Source of the DNA: a virus
Lineage: Duplodnaviria > Caudoviricetes
DNA: 24,292 nucleotides
Strand: one strand, 5' to 3'
Virus record (IMG/VR): IMGVR_UViG_3300044657_000762
Coordinates: 1 to 24,292 of that record
Both the position numbers and the translations under genes were made by a program. The notes beneath the pieces are model-generated. The model saw nothing but the letters and a program-made list of their open reading frames with translations. It was not told the DNA's origin and searched no databases. Positions 23,961-24,292 of this stretch are shown here, piece by piece (positions within the stretch are counted from its first letter, which is position 1; every line of letters begins with the position of its first letter).

Positions 23961-24066
23961 GATCTACATATCCCGTTCCTGAGGCTGCGTGATGCCTGTG
24001 GCTGCGTTTCTAGTCGAGGCAGATAGACAACAGCGGACAGAATAGATCCTGCCCTATACGGTCATC

Positions 24067-24267
24067 CTACACAAACCTCCTCTGCTGCTTCATAGCCTGA
24101 ATGTAAAACCACTGATCTATGACCTCCTCCTCCATGCGGTCGAGGAGATCCGGTTTCTCCCACAGGTTACCACCGTGCTCCTTCTGCCCTGCAACATACT
24201 TCAAGGTTGCCTTGTCCATGAATGCCTTCACGGCATCCTCCATCGATTGTTTTTGTTCGTTTGTCAT
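24067..24267 (-). CDS. Small all-alpha phage protein, possibly NTP-pyrophosphatase (MazG-like) superfamily, 66 aa
   Basis: KY..GQKEHGG.LW followed by EEEVID..FY (EExxD-like motif). Confidence 0.55.
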   Translation of the reverse strand: MTNEQKQSMEDAVKAFMDKATLKYVAGQKEHGGNLWEKPDLLDRMEEEVIDQWFYIQAMKQQRRFV

Positions 24268-24292
24268 ATCGCTCCTAAATGCCAGAAATAGG

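Overview
This is a 24.3-kb piece of a tailed dsDNA phage genome with podovirus-type architecture. The lack of Shine-Dalgarno sites and the style of the SSB hint at a Verrucomicrobia/PVC-like host, which is an inference only. Minus strand 1-13.1 kb is a morphogenesis operon: a stand-alone tailspike-N-like protein, tail fibre, nozzle, collar-like protein, adaptor, three probable ejection proteins and a terminase large subunit that runs off the left edge and is missing from the ORF track. Minus strand 13.3-18.2 kb carries GDP-L-fucose synthase, a stand-alone DnaA domain IV-like protein, SSB, a beta-helix protein and a chain of overlapping mini-genes. Several of these mini-genes are below the track cut-off, including two paralogous membrane peptides and Cys-rich proteins. 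The 18.2-20.1 kb stretch is a control/packaging-like zone with G/C tracts, an HTH (TerS-like) gene, a repeat array, a Cys-rich gene with its own promoter and terminator, and divergent promoters. Plus strand 20.1-24 kb is early-type: acidic DNA-mimic candidates (one Ocr-like), a Mom-like DNA-modifying GNAT, a SleB-like hydrolase, an RHH protein and an NDT-like protein. The most unusual element is a tandem pair of about 100-nt multi-stem RNA-like units at 23245-23467 with compensatory base changes and variable arms. A second long stem lies at 23953-24056. All calls come from reading motifs by eye; no database search was run.
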